From positions 21,418-45,417 of the forward strand of contig VGTK01000010.1 in NCBI GenBank assembly GCA_016874715.1: DNA of 24,000 nt, written 5' to 3'. The translations under genes were made by a program, and so were the position numbers. Source of the DNA: Deltaproteobacteria bacterium (GTDB lineage: Bacteria > Desulfobacterota > Binatia > UBA12015). The notes beneath the pieces are model-generated. The model was not told the origin of the DNA, searched no databases, and saw only the letters and a list, made by a program, of their open reading frames with translations. Positions 1 to 7,622 of the stretch are shown in pieces; positions within the stretch are counted from its first letter, which is position 1, and each line of letters opens with the position of its first letter.

Positions 1-569
1 GTGATGATCCGGCCGACGTCGATCTTGTCGAGGCGCGGGCCGTACACGTTGAAGTAGCGCGTGATCGTCACCGGCAGGCCGAGCTTGTGGTACGCGAAGC
101 AGAAGTGCTCGCCGACGGCCTTCGACGTCGAGTAGCACCAGCGGTCGATGCGCGTGGAGCCGAGCACGCGGTCGTCGTCCTCGGACCACGGCAGCTTCGG
201 GTTCCTGCCGTAGACCTCCGAGGTCGAGCTGAACACCACCTTGCGCCCGTACTTGAACGCGACCTTCAACACGTTCTGCGTGCCGTTCACGTTGACGTTG
301 AGCACCTCGTACGGATCGCCGACGTAGTGCTCGACGCCGACCACGGCCGCGAGGTGGTAGACGATCTCGACCTGCGCGACCAGCGAGTCGAGGATGTCGA
401 GCGCCATCACGCTGTCGCGAACCACACGGAACCGCGGGTGGCCCATCAGGTGACGCACCTTGGACGTGCCCCCGGGCTCAAGGATGAACACCTCGTCGCC
501 GCGCTCGAGCAGCGCTTCCGCGAGGTGCGATCCGACGAACCCCCCTCCTCCGGTGATCAGCACCTTCAC
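1..569 (-). CDS. NAD-dependent epimerase/dehydratase, ArnA C-terminal domain-like (UDP-glucuronate oxidative decarboxylase); 3' end runs off the window
   Basis: My own minus-strand translation from GTG at 569 gives VKVLITGGGGFVGSHLAEALL...HPRFRVVRDSV...FSSTSEVYG...RWCYSTSK...YFNVYGPRLD. It has a Rossmann GxxGxxG and a YxxxK catalytic motif, and the block order matches the E. coli ArnA decarboxylase half. GGGAGAG lies 7 nt upstream of the GTG. It is absent from the ORF track because the window edge truncates it. Confidence 0.8.
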   Translation of the reverse strand, partial: MKVLITGGGGFVGSHLAEALLERGDEVFILEPGGTSKVRHLMGHPRFRVVRDSVMALDILDSLVAQVEIVYHLAAVVGVEHYVGDPYEVLNVNVNGTQNVLKVAFKYGRKVVFSSTSEVYGRNPKLPWSEDDDRVLGSTRIDRWCYSTSKAVGEHFCFAYHKLGLPVTITRYFNVYGPRLDKIDVGRII

Positions 570-606
570 GTCGTGTCTCTCCCTGCCTCGCGAGCCGCCC
601 GCGCGT

Positions 607-1752
607 TCAGCCGTTGTTGGTGTCCGTAGCGAACCGGGCGCCGGGCGCGAGTCCGGCCGCCCGGGCCCAGGCCGGGCCGCTCGACGACGCGTCCTCCCGG
701 GCCGGACCACCCGTCGACGTCGCGTCCTCCCGGGCCGGACCACCCGTCGACGTCGCGTCCTCCCGGGCCGGACCACCCGTCGACGTCGCGTCCTCCCGGG
801 CCGGACCACCCGTCGACGTCGCGTCCTCCCGGGCCGGACCACCCGTCGACGTCGCGTCCTCCCGGGCCGGGTCGTGCATCGGCACGCCGTCCGCCCAGGT
901 GACGTTGCGGATCTCGAGCACGCCGTCGCCGGTCGCGACCAGCAGTGCGCCACCGCCCGTCGGGTCCGGCACGATCGTGCCCGGAGCCGCACCCGCAGCC
1001 GCCCCAGGCCACGCTTCGGCCCACCAGATGAGGACCTTGCGCCCGCCGAGCGTCGTGAAGGCGCCCGGCCACGGCTCGGTCACCGCGCGGACCAGGTTGC
1101 GGATCGACTCCGCCGGACGGCACCAGTCGATCCGGCCATCGGCGGGCTTGCGACCGCCGAAGTACGTCGCTGCGCCGTGATCCTGCTCGGTCCGCGGGGC
1201 GGTGCCGTCGACCAGCCGCGGGTAGACGTCGCGCAGCAGGATGCGGGCTTCGGCGGCGAGCCGGCGCGTCAGGCTGAGCGCCGTGTCGTCGCGCGCGATG
1301 GGGATGCGCCGCTGCGCGACGATGGCACCGTGGTCCGGCTTCTCGTCCATCTCGTGCAGCGTGACGCCGGTCTCGGTCTCGCCGTTCACCAGCACCCAGT
1401 TCACCGGCGCGCGTCCGCGATACCGTGGCAGATACGAGCCGTGCAGGTTCAGCGCACCACGGGTCGCCACGGCCAGCACGCGCGGCTTCATCATCAGCCG
1501 GTAGTAGAACGAGAAGAGGAAGTCCGGCCGCACCGCGGCGATCGCCGCGAGCGCGGCGTCGCCGTTGACGTCGTCGGGCGCCACGACCGGCACCCCGGCC
1601 GAGCGCGCGAGCGCCTCCACCGAGCGGAACCAGATCTTCTCGCCCGGGGAGTCGCGGTGCGTGACGACGAGCCCGACGTCCGCTCCGAGGTCGAGAAGCT
1701 CGGCGAGGGCCTCGTGGCCCACCTCGCCGTACGCGCAGACGACGTGCGGCAC
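607..1752 (-). CDS. arnA: Formyltransferase, ArnA N-terminal domain-like (UDP-Ara4N formyltransferase type), with a C-terminal 11-aa tandem-repeat tail
   Basis: Lies in ORF 607..1875. Motifs: VVCAYGEVGHEAL (N-terminus like ArnA MKTVVFAYHDMG), LNLHGSYLPRYRGRAPVNW (HxSLLPxxRG type) and LHEMDEKPDHGAI. I place the start at GTG 1752, 8 nt after the arnC stop. The upstream 41 codons of the ORF are Arg/Ser-rich and overlap arnC. The tail carries PAREDATSTGG about 6 times. Confidence 0.85.
   Translation of the reverse strand: MPHVVCAYGEVGHEALAELLDLGADVGLVVTHRDSPGEKIWFRSVEALARSAGVPVVAPDDVNGDAALAAIAAVRPDFLFSFYYRLMMKPRVLAVATRGALNLHGSYLPRYRGRAPVNWVLVNGETETGVTLHEMDEKPDHGAIVAQRRIPIARDDTALSLTRRLAAEARILLRDVYPRLVDGTAPRTEQDHGAATYFGGRKPADGRIDWCRPAESIRNLVRAVTEPWPGAFTTLGGRKVLIWWAEAWPGAAAGAAPGTIVPDPTGGGALLVATGDGVLEIRNVTWADGVPMHDPAREDATSTGGPAREDATSTGGPAREDATSTGGPAREDATSTGGPAREDATSTGGPAREDASSSGPAWARAAGLAPGARFATDTNNG
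681..870. repeat. 33-bp tandem repeat (minisatellite), about 5.8 copies, in frame within the formyltransferase 3' end
   Basis: The unit tcgacgtcgcgtcctcccgggccggaccacccg is base-perfect at 714-746, 747-779, 780-812 and 813-845. Copy 681-713 has one mismatch (position 687). Copy 846-870 is a partial 25 nt. Confidence 0.97.
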
Positions 1753-1759
1753 GGAACGC

Positions 1760-2764
1760 TCAGAGCGTCTCGCGCGGCGACGTGTGCGACTGCGAGACGA
1801 CCTCGCGGATCCGGTACACCGGACGCCGCCGCACCTCGGCGTAGATGCGCCCGACGTACTCGCCGACGAGGCCAACGGCGAGCAGCAGCACGCCGACGAA
1901 GGCGAACAGGATCGCGAACAAGGTGAACACGCCCTCGCTCTCCGGTCCGACGATCAGGCGGCGCACCATCAGGAAGCCCGCGAAACCCACGCCGAGGATC
2001 GCGATGAGCACGCCCGTCAGGCTCACCAGCTGGATCGGCAGCAGCGAGAAGCCGGTGATCAGGTCGAAGCCGAGACGCATGAGCTTGAGCGGCGAGTACT
2101 TGGAAGCGCCGCGACCGCGCTCCTCGTGCGCGACCGGGATCTCGATCGGGTCGCGTGCGATCATCATCGCGAGCGCGGGAATGAACGCCGACTGCTCGGC
2201 GAGCTCGATGATCTCGTCGGCGACGTCGCGCGAGTAGCCGCGCAGCATGCAGCCGTAGTCGCTCATGCCGACGCCCATGCTGGCGGCGGTGACCGTGTTC
2301 ACCATCGCCGACACCTGCCTGCGGAGCCACGGGTCCTGGCGGTTCTCGCGGATCGAGCCGACGACGTCGTGTCCGTCGCGGAGCTCCGCGACGATGCGCG
2401 GGATCTCGCTCGGCGGGTTCTGCAGATCGGCGTCGAGCGTGATGACGTAGCGCCCTCGCGCGATCGAGAAGCCGGCGAGCACGGCCGGGTGCTGGCCGAA
2501 GTTGCGCGCGAGCTCGACCACGACGACCTGCGGGTGCGCGGCCGCCAGCTCGTGCAGGATCTCGCTCGACGCGTCGCTCGAGCCGTCGTTCACCAGCACG
2601 ATCTCCCAGCTCTCGCCCTCGAGGGCGCCCGACACCGCGTCGTAGAGGTCGTGCAGCGTCGCTTCCTCGTTGAACACCGGGACGACCACCGAGATCTCGG
2701 GAACGTCGCGCGAGCCGCGCGACAGCGGACGATGGCCCGGCGCGCCGGCGGTGTAAGGACTCAA
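1760..2764 (-). CDS. arnC: Family 2 glycosyltransferase, ArnC-like (undecaprenyl-phosphate 4-deoxy-4-formamido-L-arabinose transferase type)
   Basis: Lies in ORF 1760..3091. Motifs: ISVVVPVFNEE, LVNDGSSD, ITLDADLQNPP, and two C-terminal hydrophobic helices (LLPIQLVSLTGVLIAILGV, FAILFAFVGVLLLAVGLVGEY). There is no ATG or GTG between the arnB stop and the conserved N-terminus. An in-frame TTG at 2764 overlaps the arnB TGA (TTGA). Start confidence is lower than gene confidence. Confidence 0.85.
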   Translation of the reverse strand: MSPYTAGAPGHRPLSRGSRDVPEISVVVPVFNEEATLHDLYDAVSGALEGESWEIVLVNDGSSDASSEILHELAAAHPQVVVVELARNFGQHPAVLAGFSIARGRYVITLDADLQNPPSEIPRIVAELRDGHDVVGSIRENRQDPWLRRQVSAMVNTVTAASMGVGMSDYGCMLRGYSRDVADEIIELAEQSAFIPALAMMIARDPIEIPVAHEERGRGASKYSPLKLMRLGFDLITGFSLLPIQLVSLTGVLIAILGVGFAGFLMVRRLIVGPESEGVFTLFAILFAFVGVLLLAVGLVGEYVGRIYAEVRRRPVYRIREVVSQSHTSPRETL

Positions 2765-3954
2765 GCGGCACCTCCGCCGGCGCGGCGCGCCGCGATCGCG
2801 CCGCCGGCGCGCGTGCGGCGTGCGAGGACGTCGGCGAGCGCGTCGACGACGGTGCTCACGTCGTCGTCGGTCATGTCGGGATAGAGCGGCAGCGACAGGA
2901 TGCGCTCGAAGGCGTCGGTCGCGACCGCGAGCCGCGACGGATCCTCGACCATCGGGCGATAGAGCGTCTGCAGGTGCAGCGGGACGAAGTGCAGACCCGG
3001 CGCGATTCCCCTCTCCTTCAGCTCCGCGATCACCTCGAAGCGGGTCGCGGTGAGCGCCTCGACCTCGAGCCGCACGACCATGAGGTGCCACGCGTTCACG
3101 TGATCGTACGGCGCGCGCTCCAGCGGCCGTACGTGCGGCACCTGCGCGAGCTGCTCGAGGTACTGCTCGGCGAGCCGCGCGCGGCGCGCGTTCAGCGCGT
3201 CCAGGCGCGCCAGCTGGTGCAGGCCCAGCGCCGCCTGCAGGTCGGTGAAGTTGTACTTGAAGCCGGCCTCGACGACGTCGTACGCGCCCGCGCCGCGGCC
3301 GCCGAAGCGGCTCTCCGCGGTCTGGTCGATGCCGTGGAAGCGGAGCCGCGTCGCCCGCGCCGCGATCTCGTCGGAGTCCGTCACGAGGGCGCCGCCCTCA
3401 CCGGTCGTCAGGTTCTTCGCCGGGTGGAAGCTGAACATCGTCGCGTCGCCGAACCTGCCGATCGGCGTGCCGCGGTACGAGGCGCCGAGCGCGTGCGCGG
3501 CGTCCTCGATGAGCTTCAGCCCGTGTTCCTGCGCGACGGCGGCGAGCGCGTCCTCGTCGCACGGCTGGCCCGCGAAGTGGACCGGCAGCAGCGCCCTCGT
3601 CCGTGGCGTGATCGCCGCCTCGATACGCGCGCAGTCGACGTTCAGCGTTCCGGGCTCGACGTCGACGAACACCGGCCGCGCCCCGGCGTGCAGGAGCACG
3701 TTCGCGGTCGATACCCAGGTCATGGGCGTGGTGATCACCTCGTCGCCGGGGCCGATGCCGGCCGCGAGGACGGCGAGGTGCAACGCGGCGGTCCCGGAGC
3801 TGGCCCCCAGGGCGTGCTTCACCCCCAGGAACGCCGCCAGGTCGCGCTCGAAGCGCATCGCACGCGGCCCCGTGGAGAGCCATCCCGAGCGCAGGCAGGC
3901 CTCCGCCTCGGCGACCTCCGCATCACCGATCGACGGCCGCGCGTAGGGAATCAT
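2761..3954 (-). CDS. arnB: DegT/DnrJ/EryC1/StrS-family PLP aminotransferase, ArnB-like (UDP-4-amino-4-deoxy-L-arabinose aminotransferase type)
   Basis: Lies in ORF 2761..4044, with the start taken at the internal ATG 3954 (MIPYARPSIG...). Motifs: GWLSTGP, SGTAALHLA, DAAHALG, and FSFHPAKNLTTGEGG carrying the PLP lysine. Confidence 0.88.
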   Translation of the reverse strand: MIPYARPSIGDAEVAEAEACLRSGWLSTGPRAMRFERDLAAFLGVKHALGASSGTAALHLAVLAAGIGPGDEVITTPMTWVSTANVLLHAGARPVFVDVEPGTLNVDCARIEAAITPRTRALLPVHFAGQPCDEDALAAVAQEHGLKLIEDAAHALGASYRGTPIGRFGDATMFSFHPAKNLTTGEGGALVTDSDEIAARATRLRFHGIDQTAESRFGGRGAGAYDVVEAGFKYNFTDLQAALGLHQLARLDALNARRARLAEQYLEQLAQVPHVRPLERAPYDHVNAWHLMVVRLEVEALTATRFEVIAELKERGIAPGLHFVPLHLQTLYRPMVEDPSRLAVATDAFERILSLPLYPDMTDDDVSTVVDALADVLARRTRAGGAIAARRAGGGAA

Positions 3955-4110
3955 CTCGGATCCATCCGGTACCAGAGGTCGACGCGGGGCAGCAAACGCC
4001 CGGTCCGGCGTCGCTGCCCGACGCTGGCCTGACCACGCGGCCAAAAAACTCGGTCCGTCGCCTTGACGGGATGACGCGCCGTGTTACGTGGCGTCCCGGA
4101 GGTTTGAACG

Positions 4111-4551
4111 ATGAGCAGCAAGACTGAAACGTCCATCTGGGCGCCCCTGCAGGGCGCCGTCGCGCAGGCGCGCACGCTCGACCGGCGGGCCCGCAAGATC
4201 GCACAGCAGACCGCCGACGAGCTCTACAGCCGCTCGGAGACCCTGTTCACCGAGGCGCAGAAGCGCTCGGCGCGGACCGTGAAGGCGGTGCGCAAGAACG
4301 TCGCGGCCGCGCTCGAGACCATCGATTCGCGCACCAGGCGGCTGTCCGACGTGCCCGACTGGGCATGGCAGCAGCTCGAAGGGGCGCGCAAGCAGCTGAG
4401 CGACGCCGAGATCCAGCTGCGCAAGGGCGTCGAGGTGGTCGCGCGCGGCCTGCACGTTGCGCTCGACAAGGATGTCGACGGCCTGCGCCGCAAGCTGTCA
4501 CACCTCGAGAAGCGGGTGAACGAGCTCTCCGGCGAGAGCAAGGCGGCCTGA
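4111..4551 (+). CDS. Small coiled-coil protein, phasin / PHA-granule-associated-protein-like (tentative)
   Basis: 146-aa ORF with GGAGG 9 nt upstream of the ATG. It reads as helical and heptad-like with charged composition. The C-terminal LDKDVDGLRRKLSHLEKRVNEL resembles the C-terminal segment of phasin family proteins as I remember them. The function is uncertain. Confidence 0.6.
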   Translation: MSSKTETSIWAPLQGAVAQARTLDRRARKIAQQTADELYSRSETLFTEAQKRSARTVKAVRKNVAAALETIDSRTRRLSDVPDWAWQQLEGARKQLSDAEIQLRKGVEVVARGLHVALDKDVDGLRRKLSHLEKRVNELSGESKAA

Positions 4552-4687
4552 GGGCTGCCCGCAGGGCGGCGCGGCCCGCGTGGGCGGGCGCGCCGCATCT
4601 CGGCCCCAGGCCGAGTGACCCGGCGTCCTGGGGACCGGCGACGGGTCAAGGGTCCGGCGCTCCGCGCCGGGCCGGCGAACGCGCCGC

Positions 4688-5008
4688 TCAGGCGGCGGCC
4701 GGGGCCGACGAACCCTTCTTGTCGGCCTTCTTTTCCTTCTTCTCGGGCTTCTCCGACTTGGTCTCGGTCGAGCTGCTGCTCGAGCTCGAGTCGTCGGAGG
4801 ACTTCGACTCCGTCGCACCGGCGTTGCCGTCCTTGCGGCCGTAGTCCGTGATGTACCAGCCCGCGCCCTTCAGATGGAACGCCGGATTGGAGATCAGCTT
4901 GGTCACCTTCGCCTTGCAGGACGGACACTTCTTGAGCGGCTGATCGGTGATCTTCTGCATCTGATCGAAGTCGCCACACTTCGGGCAGTGGTATTCGTAG
5001 ATCGGCAT
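4688..5008 (-). CDS. FmdB-family zinc-ribbon protein (CxxC...CxxC) with a long Ser/Lys/Glu-rich tail
   Basis: MPIYEYHCPKCGDFDQMQKITDQPLKKCPSCKAKVTKLIS is the canonical FmdB/Zn-ribbon signature. The start is ATG 5008, with GGAGGAG upstream. It lies in ORF 4688..5074. Confidence 0.85.
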   Translation of the reverse strand: MPIYEYHCPKCGDFDQMQKITDQPLKKCPSCKAKVTKLISNPAFHLKGAGWYITDYGRKDGNAGATESKSSDDSSSSSSSTETKSEKPEKKEKKADKKGSSAPAAA

Positions 5009-5057
5009 CGTCGAGGACTCCTCCGGACCAGCAGGCCCCGCCGAGGTGTAAGGGCGC

Positions 5058-5393
5058 CTAGTCGAATTGTCCACCCAGGACCGACGGGCCCCCGCCGCCG
5101 ATGCTGGCCGCGAGCTGGTAGAGCGTCTTCACCAGGAAGACCTGCAGGAAGGTGATGGCCAGCAGCACCACGATCGGCGTGAAGTCCACCCCGCCGAAGG
5201 CCAGCGGCAGGACCCGCCGGACCCGGTACATGACGGGCTCCGTGGCAGACCGCAGGAAGCGGACGATCGGGTTGTAGGGGTCCGGGTTGACCCAGGACAG
5301 CACCGCGCTCGCGATGATGATCCACCAGTAGATGTTCAGGACGGCGTTCACGACCATCGCGGTCGCGACGAGGAAGTTGCTCACAACGAACAT
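5058..5393 (-). CDS. yggT: YggT family membrane protein
   Basis: 111 aa with hydrophobic helices. ASAVLSWVNPDPYNPIVRFLRSATEPVMYRVRRVLP matches the YGGT repeat motif. GGAAGAGGAG lies upstream. The proC-yggT context is typical. Confidence 0.88.
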   Translation of the reverse strand: MFVVSNFLVATAMVVNAVLNIYWWIIIASAVLSWVNPDPYNPIVRFLRSATEPVMYRVRRVLPLAFGGVDFTPIVVLLAITFLQVFLVKTLYQLAASIGGGGPSVLGGQFD

Positions 5394-5528
5394 CGGGGCG
5401 CTCCTCTTCCAGCGAGGGGCGCGAGCCCCTCGACCCGCCGGGCCGACCCCGACGGAATCCCACTCCCGCTCCCGATCCCGGGCGCCGCGACCGGGCGGCC
5501 GGCGACCGGACGGCCGGCCCGCGACATG

Positions 5529-6332
5529 CTAGCCAGCCGACAGCTCCTTCGAGCGCCGGGTCGCCGCCTCGATGGCGGCCCGGACTGCGCGAGCGAAGCC
5601 TCGCGCCTCGAGCGCCTCGAGACCGGCGAGCGTCGTGCCGCCGGGGGAGGTGACCATCGCGCGCAGCTTGTCTGGCGAATCGCCGGAGGTCCGCCACAGG
5701 GTCGCCGCGCCGAACAGAGTCTGCTTGACCAGACGCTCGGCGAGCGCGGGCGCGAGACCGACCGACTTCGCGGCCTCGAGCCAGGCCTCGGCGAACGCGA
5801 ACACGAATCCCGGGCCGCTGCCGCTCACGGCGGTCACCGCGTCGAGCAGCGACTCCTCGGCGACCACCACGGCGTCGCCGACGCTCGTGAAGAGCCCGCG
5901 GACGACCTCGAGGTCGTCCGCGGTCGCAGCACCGCCGCCGACCAGCACGGTGATGCCCTCGCCGACGAGCGCTGGCGTGTTCGGCATCGCGCGCACGAGC
6001 CGGCTCGACGCGCCGAGCTGCCGCGCGAGGCTCTGCAGGGTGAAGCCTGCCGCGACCGAGACGACGATCTGCTCCGCCCGGACGTGCCCCGCGAGCCTGT
6101 CGACGACGGCGCCGAGCACCTGCGGCTTCACGGCCAGCACCAGCACGTCGGCAGCTGCGGCGACCTCGTCGAGCCCCGCCGCCAGTGTGCCGCCGGTCTC
6201 CTTCGCGAAACGCTCGCGCGCTCCGGCGTCCGGATCCGTGGCGACGATGCGGACGTCCGGCTTGCCCGCGGCGATGCCGCCGGCGAGCGCACGCGCCATG
6301 TTGCCGGCGCCGGCGAAGCCGACGCAGGTCAA
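5529..6332 (-). CDS. proC: Pyrroline-5-carboxylate reductase
   Basis: Lies in ORF 5529..6956. Motifs: VGFAGAGNMARALAGG (Rossmann), LAVKPQ, RAMPNTPALVGEG, SGSGPGFVF and MVTSPGGTTLAGL. The only start that preserves the Rossmann motif without a long overlap is the in-frame TTG at 6332, which overlaps the upstream TGA (TTGA). Confidence 0.9.
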   Translation of the reverse strand: MTCVGFAGAGNMARALAGGIAAGKPDVRIVATDPDAGARERFAKETGGTLAAGLDEVAAAADVLVLAVKPQVLGAVVDRLAGHVRAEQIVVSVAAGFTLQSLARQLGASSRLVRAMPNTPALVGEGITVLVGGGAATADDLEVVRGLFTSVGDAVVVAEESLLDAVTAVSGSGPGFVFAFAEAWLEAAKSVGLAPALAERLVKQTLFGAATLWRTSGDSPDKLRAMVTSPGGTTLAGLEALEARGFARAVRAAIEAATRRSKELSAG

Positions 6333-7621
6333 CGGCGATCTCCGACCGGCCGCACGCGCGGTCCGAAGATCGCGGTGCCGAGCCGCACCAGCGTTGCGCC
6401 CTCGGCGATCGCCTCCGGGTAATCGTCGCTCATGCCCATCGACAGCTCCGTCAGGCGCTCGTAGCCCATGCCGCGCAGCTCGTCGACCTGCTGCCGCAGC
6501 GCCGCGAAGGTCCCCCGTGTCGCCGCCGCGTCGGCGTCGAGCGGTCCGATCGTCATCAGGCCGCGCGGCTCGAAGCCGGGGACGTCGGCGAGCCGACGCA
6601 CGTGCGCGAGCACGTCGTCGGGCGGAACTCCCGCCTTGCTCGGGTCGCGCGCGACGTTCACCTGCAGGAGGCCTGCGACCGGTCCGGAAGCCCGCTTCGC
6701 CAGCGCCGCGGCGACCTCCACGCGGTCGATCGCGTGGACGAGGTCGAAGGTGCGCACCGCGAGGGCGGCCTTGTTGGTCTGCAGCGGACCGATCAGATGC
6801 CAGCGCGCCGCGTCCGCGTTGCTTAGCGCCGCGACCTCGGCCCGCTTGCGCGCCCCCTCCTGGACGTAGTTCTCGCCGACGTCGGTGGCCCCGGCGGCGA
6901 TCGCCGCGTGCGCCAGCGCGGCGGGGTGGCCCTTCGTCACCGCGACGAGGCGGCACGACTCCGGCGGGCGTCCTGCCGCGACCGTGCGCGCCGCGACCTC
7001 GCCGCGCACCGCGCGCAGCCGGAGCGCCACCGCCTCGGGCGGCAGCGGGGACACCGGCTCGGAGATCCCGAGCCGCCGCGCCGACTCCAGGACGCCCTCG
7101 AGCGGCAACCCGATCACGCCGCTGACCGAACCCCGCACCGAATCGACGAAGCGCGCGGCCCCGCCCTGGATCGCGTAAGCGCCCGCCTTGTCGCGCGGCT
7201 CACCGGTCGCGACGTAGGCCCGGATCTCGCGTTCGCCGATCTTCCGGAAGCGCACCTCGCTGCGCGACAGGTCGTGGACCACCGCCTCGCCGCCGCGCGC
7301 CCAGGCGAAGCCCGTCAAGACCAGGTGCGGCGCCGCGTCGAGCCGCGACAGCATCCGCAACGCGTCCGCGTCGTCCGCGGGCTTGCCGAAGATGTCGTCT
7401 CCCTGCGCGACCACGGTGTCCGAGCCCAGCACCCACGCCTCGGGGTGCGCGCGGCTCAGGCGGATCGCCTTCTCGCGGGCGAGCCGGCGCACGTGGGTCT
7501 CCGGGTCCTCGTCGCCGAGGCGGCGCTCGTCGATCGCCGCGGGCAGGACGTCGAACGGCCACGTCACGCGGGCGAGGATCTCGGCACGCCGCGGCGACGC
7601 GGACGCGAGGATCACGCGCAT
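6329..7621 (-). CDS. Fusion protein: Maf nucleoside-triphosphate pyrophosphatase domain (about aa 1-186) plus YggS-family PLP-binding domain (about aa 197-430)
   Basis: One uninterrupted frame from ATG 7621 to TGA 6329. Maf motifs: ILASASPRR, LGSDTVV, GKP, AGAYAIQG. YggS motifs: LVAVTKGHP (PLP lysine), GENYVQE, WHLIGPLQTNK, LSMGMSDDY, LVRLGTAIFG. The linker SEPVSPLPPE lies at about 7034-7063. Confidence 0.85.
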   Translation of the reverse strand: MRVILASASPRRAEILARVTWPFDVLPAAIDERRLGDEDPETHVRRLAREKAIRLSRAHPEAWVLGSDTVVAQGDDIFGKPADDADALRMLSRLDAAPHLVLTGFAWARGGEAVVHDLSRSEVRFRKIGEREIRAYVATGEPRDKAGAYAIQGGAARFVDSVRGSVSGVIGLPLEGVLESARRLGISEPVSPLPPEAVALRLRAVRGEVAARTVAAGRPPESCRLVAVTKGHPAALAHAAIAAGATDVGENYVQEGARKRAEVAALSNADAARWHLIGPLQTNKAALAVRTFDLVHAIDRVEVAAALAKRASGPVAGLLQVNVARDPSKAGVPPDDVLAHVRRLADVPGFEPRGLMTIGPLDADAAATRGTFAALRQQVDELRGMGYERLTELSMGMSDDYPEAIAEGATLVRLGTAIFGPRVRPVGDRR

Positions 7622-7622
7622 C

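Noticed and set aside
681-870. Possibility that the 33-bp array (and the 24-bp array at 19817-19888) is a CRISPR array.
   Set aside because: The units are directly contiguous with no spacers, lie in frame inside coding sequence, and have no cas genes nearby.
460-1926. 488-aa plus-strand ORF with a striking RTTRRRRVLPG repeat (and ORF 614..1180 with SSRAGPPVDVA repeats).
   Set aside because: - The repeats are simply the 33-bp minisatellite read in other frames or the other strand.
- The minus-strand frame carries a complete formyltransferase, so that frame is the coding one.
4552-4687. GC-rich hairpins in the convergent gap between the phasin-like ORF and the FmdB gene, for example ccggcgc-tcc-gcgccgg at 4654-4670 and ccccagg...cctgggg at 4604-4633.
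   Set aside because: - Terminator function is plausible, but there are no U-tracts on either strand.
- Such stems arise easily in GC-rich sequence, so I cannot support a terminator call.
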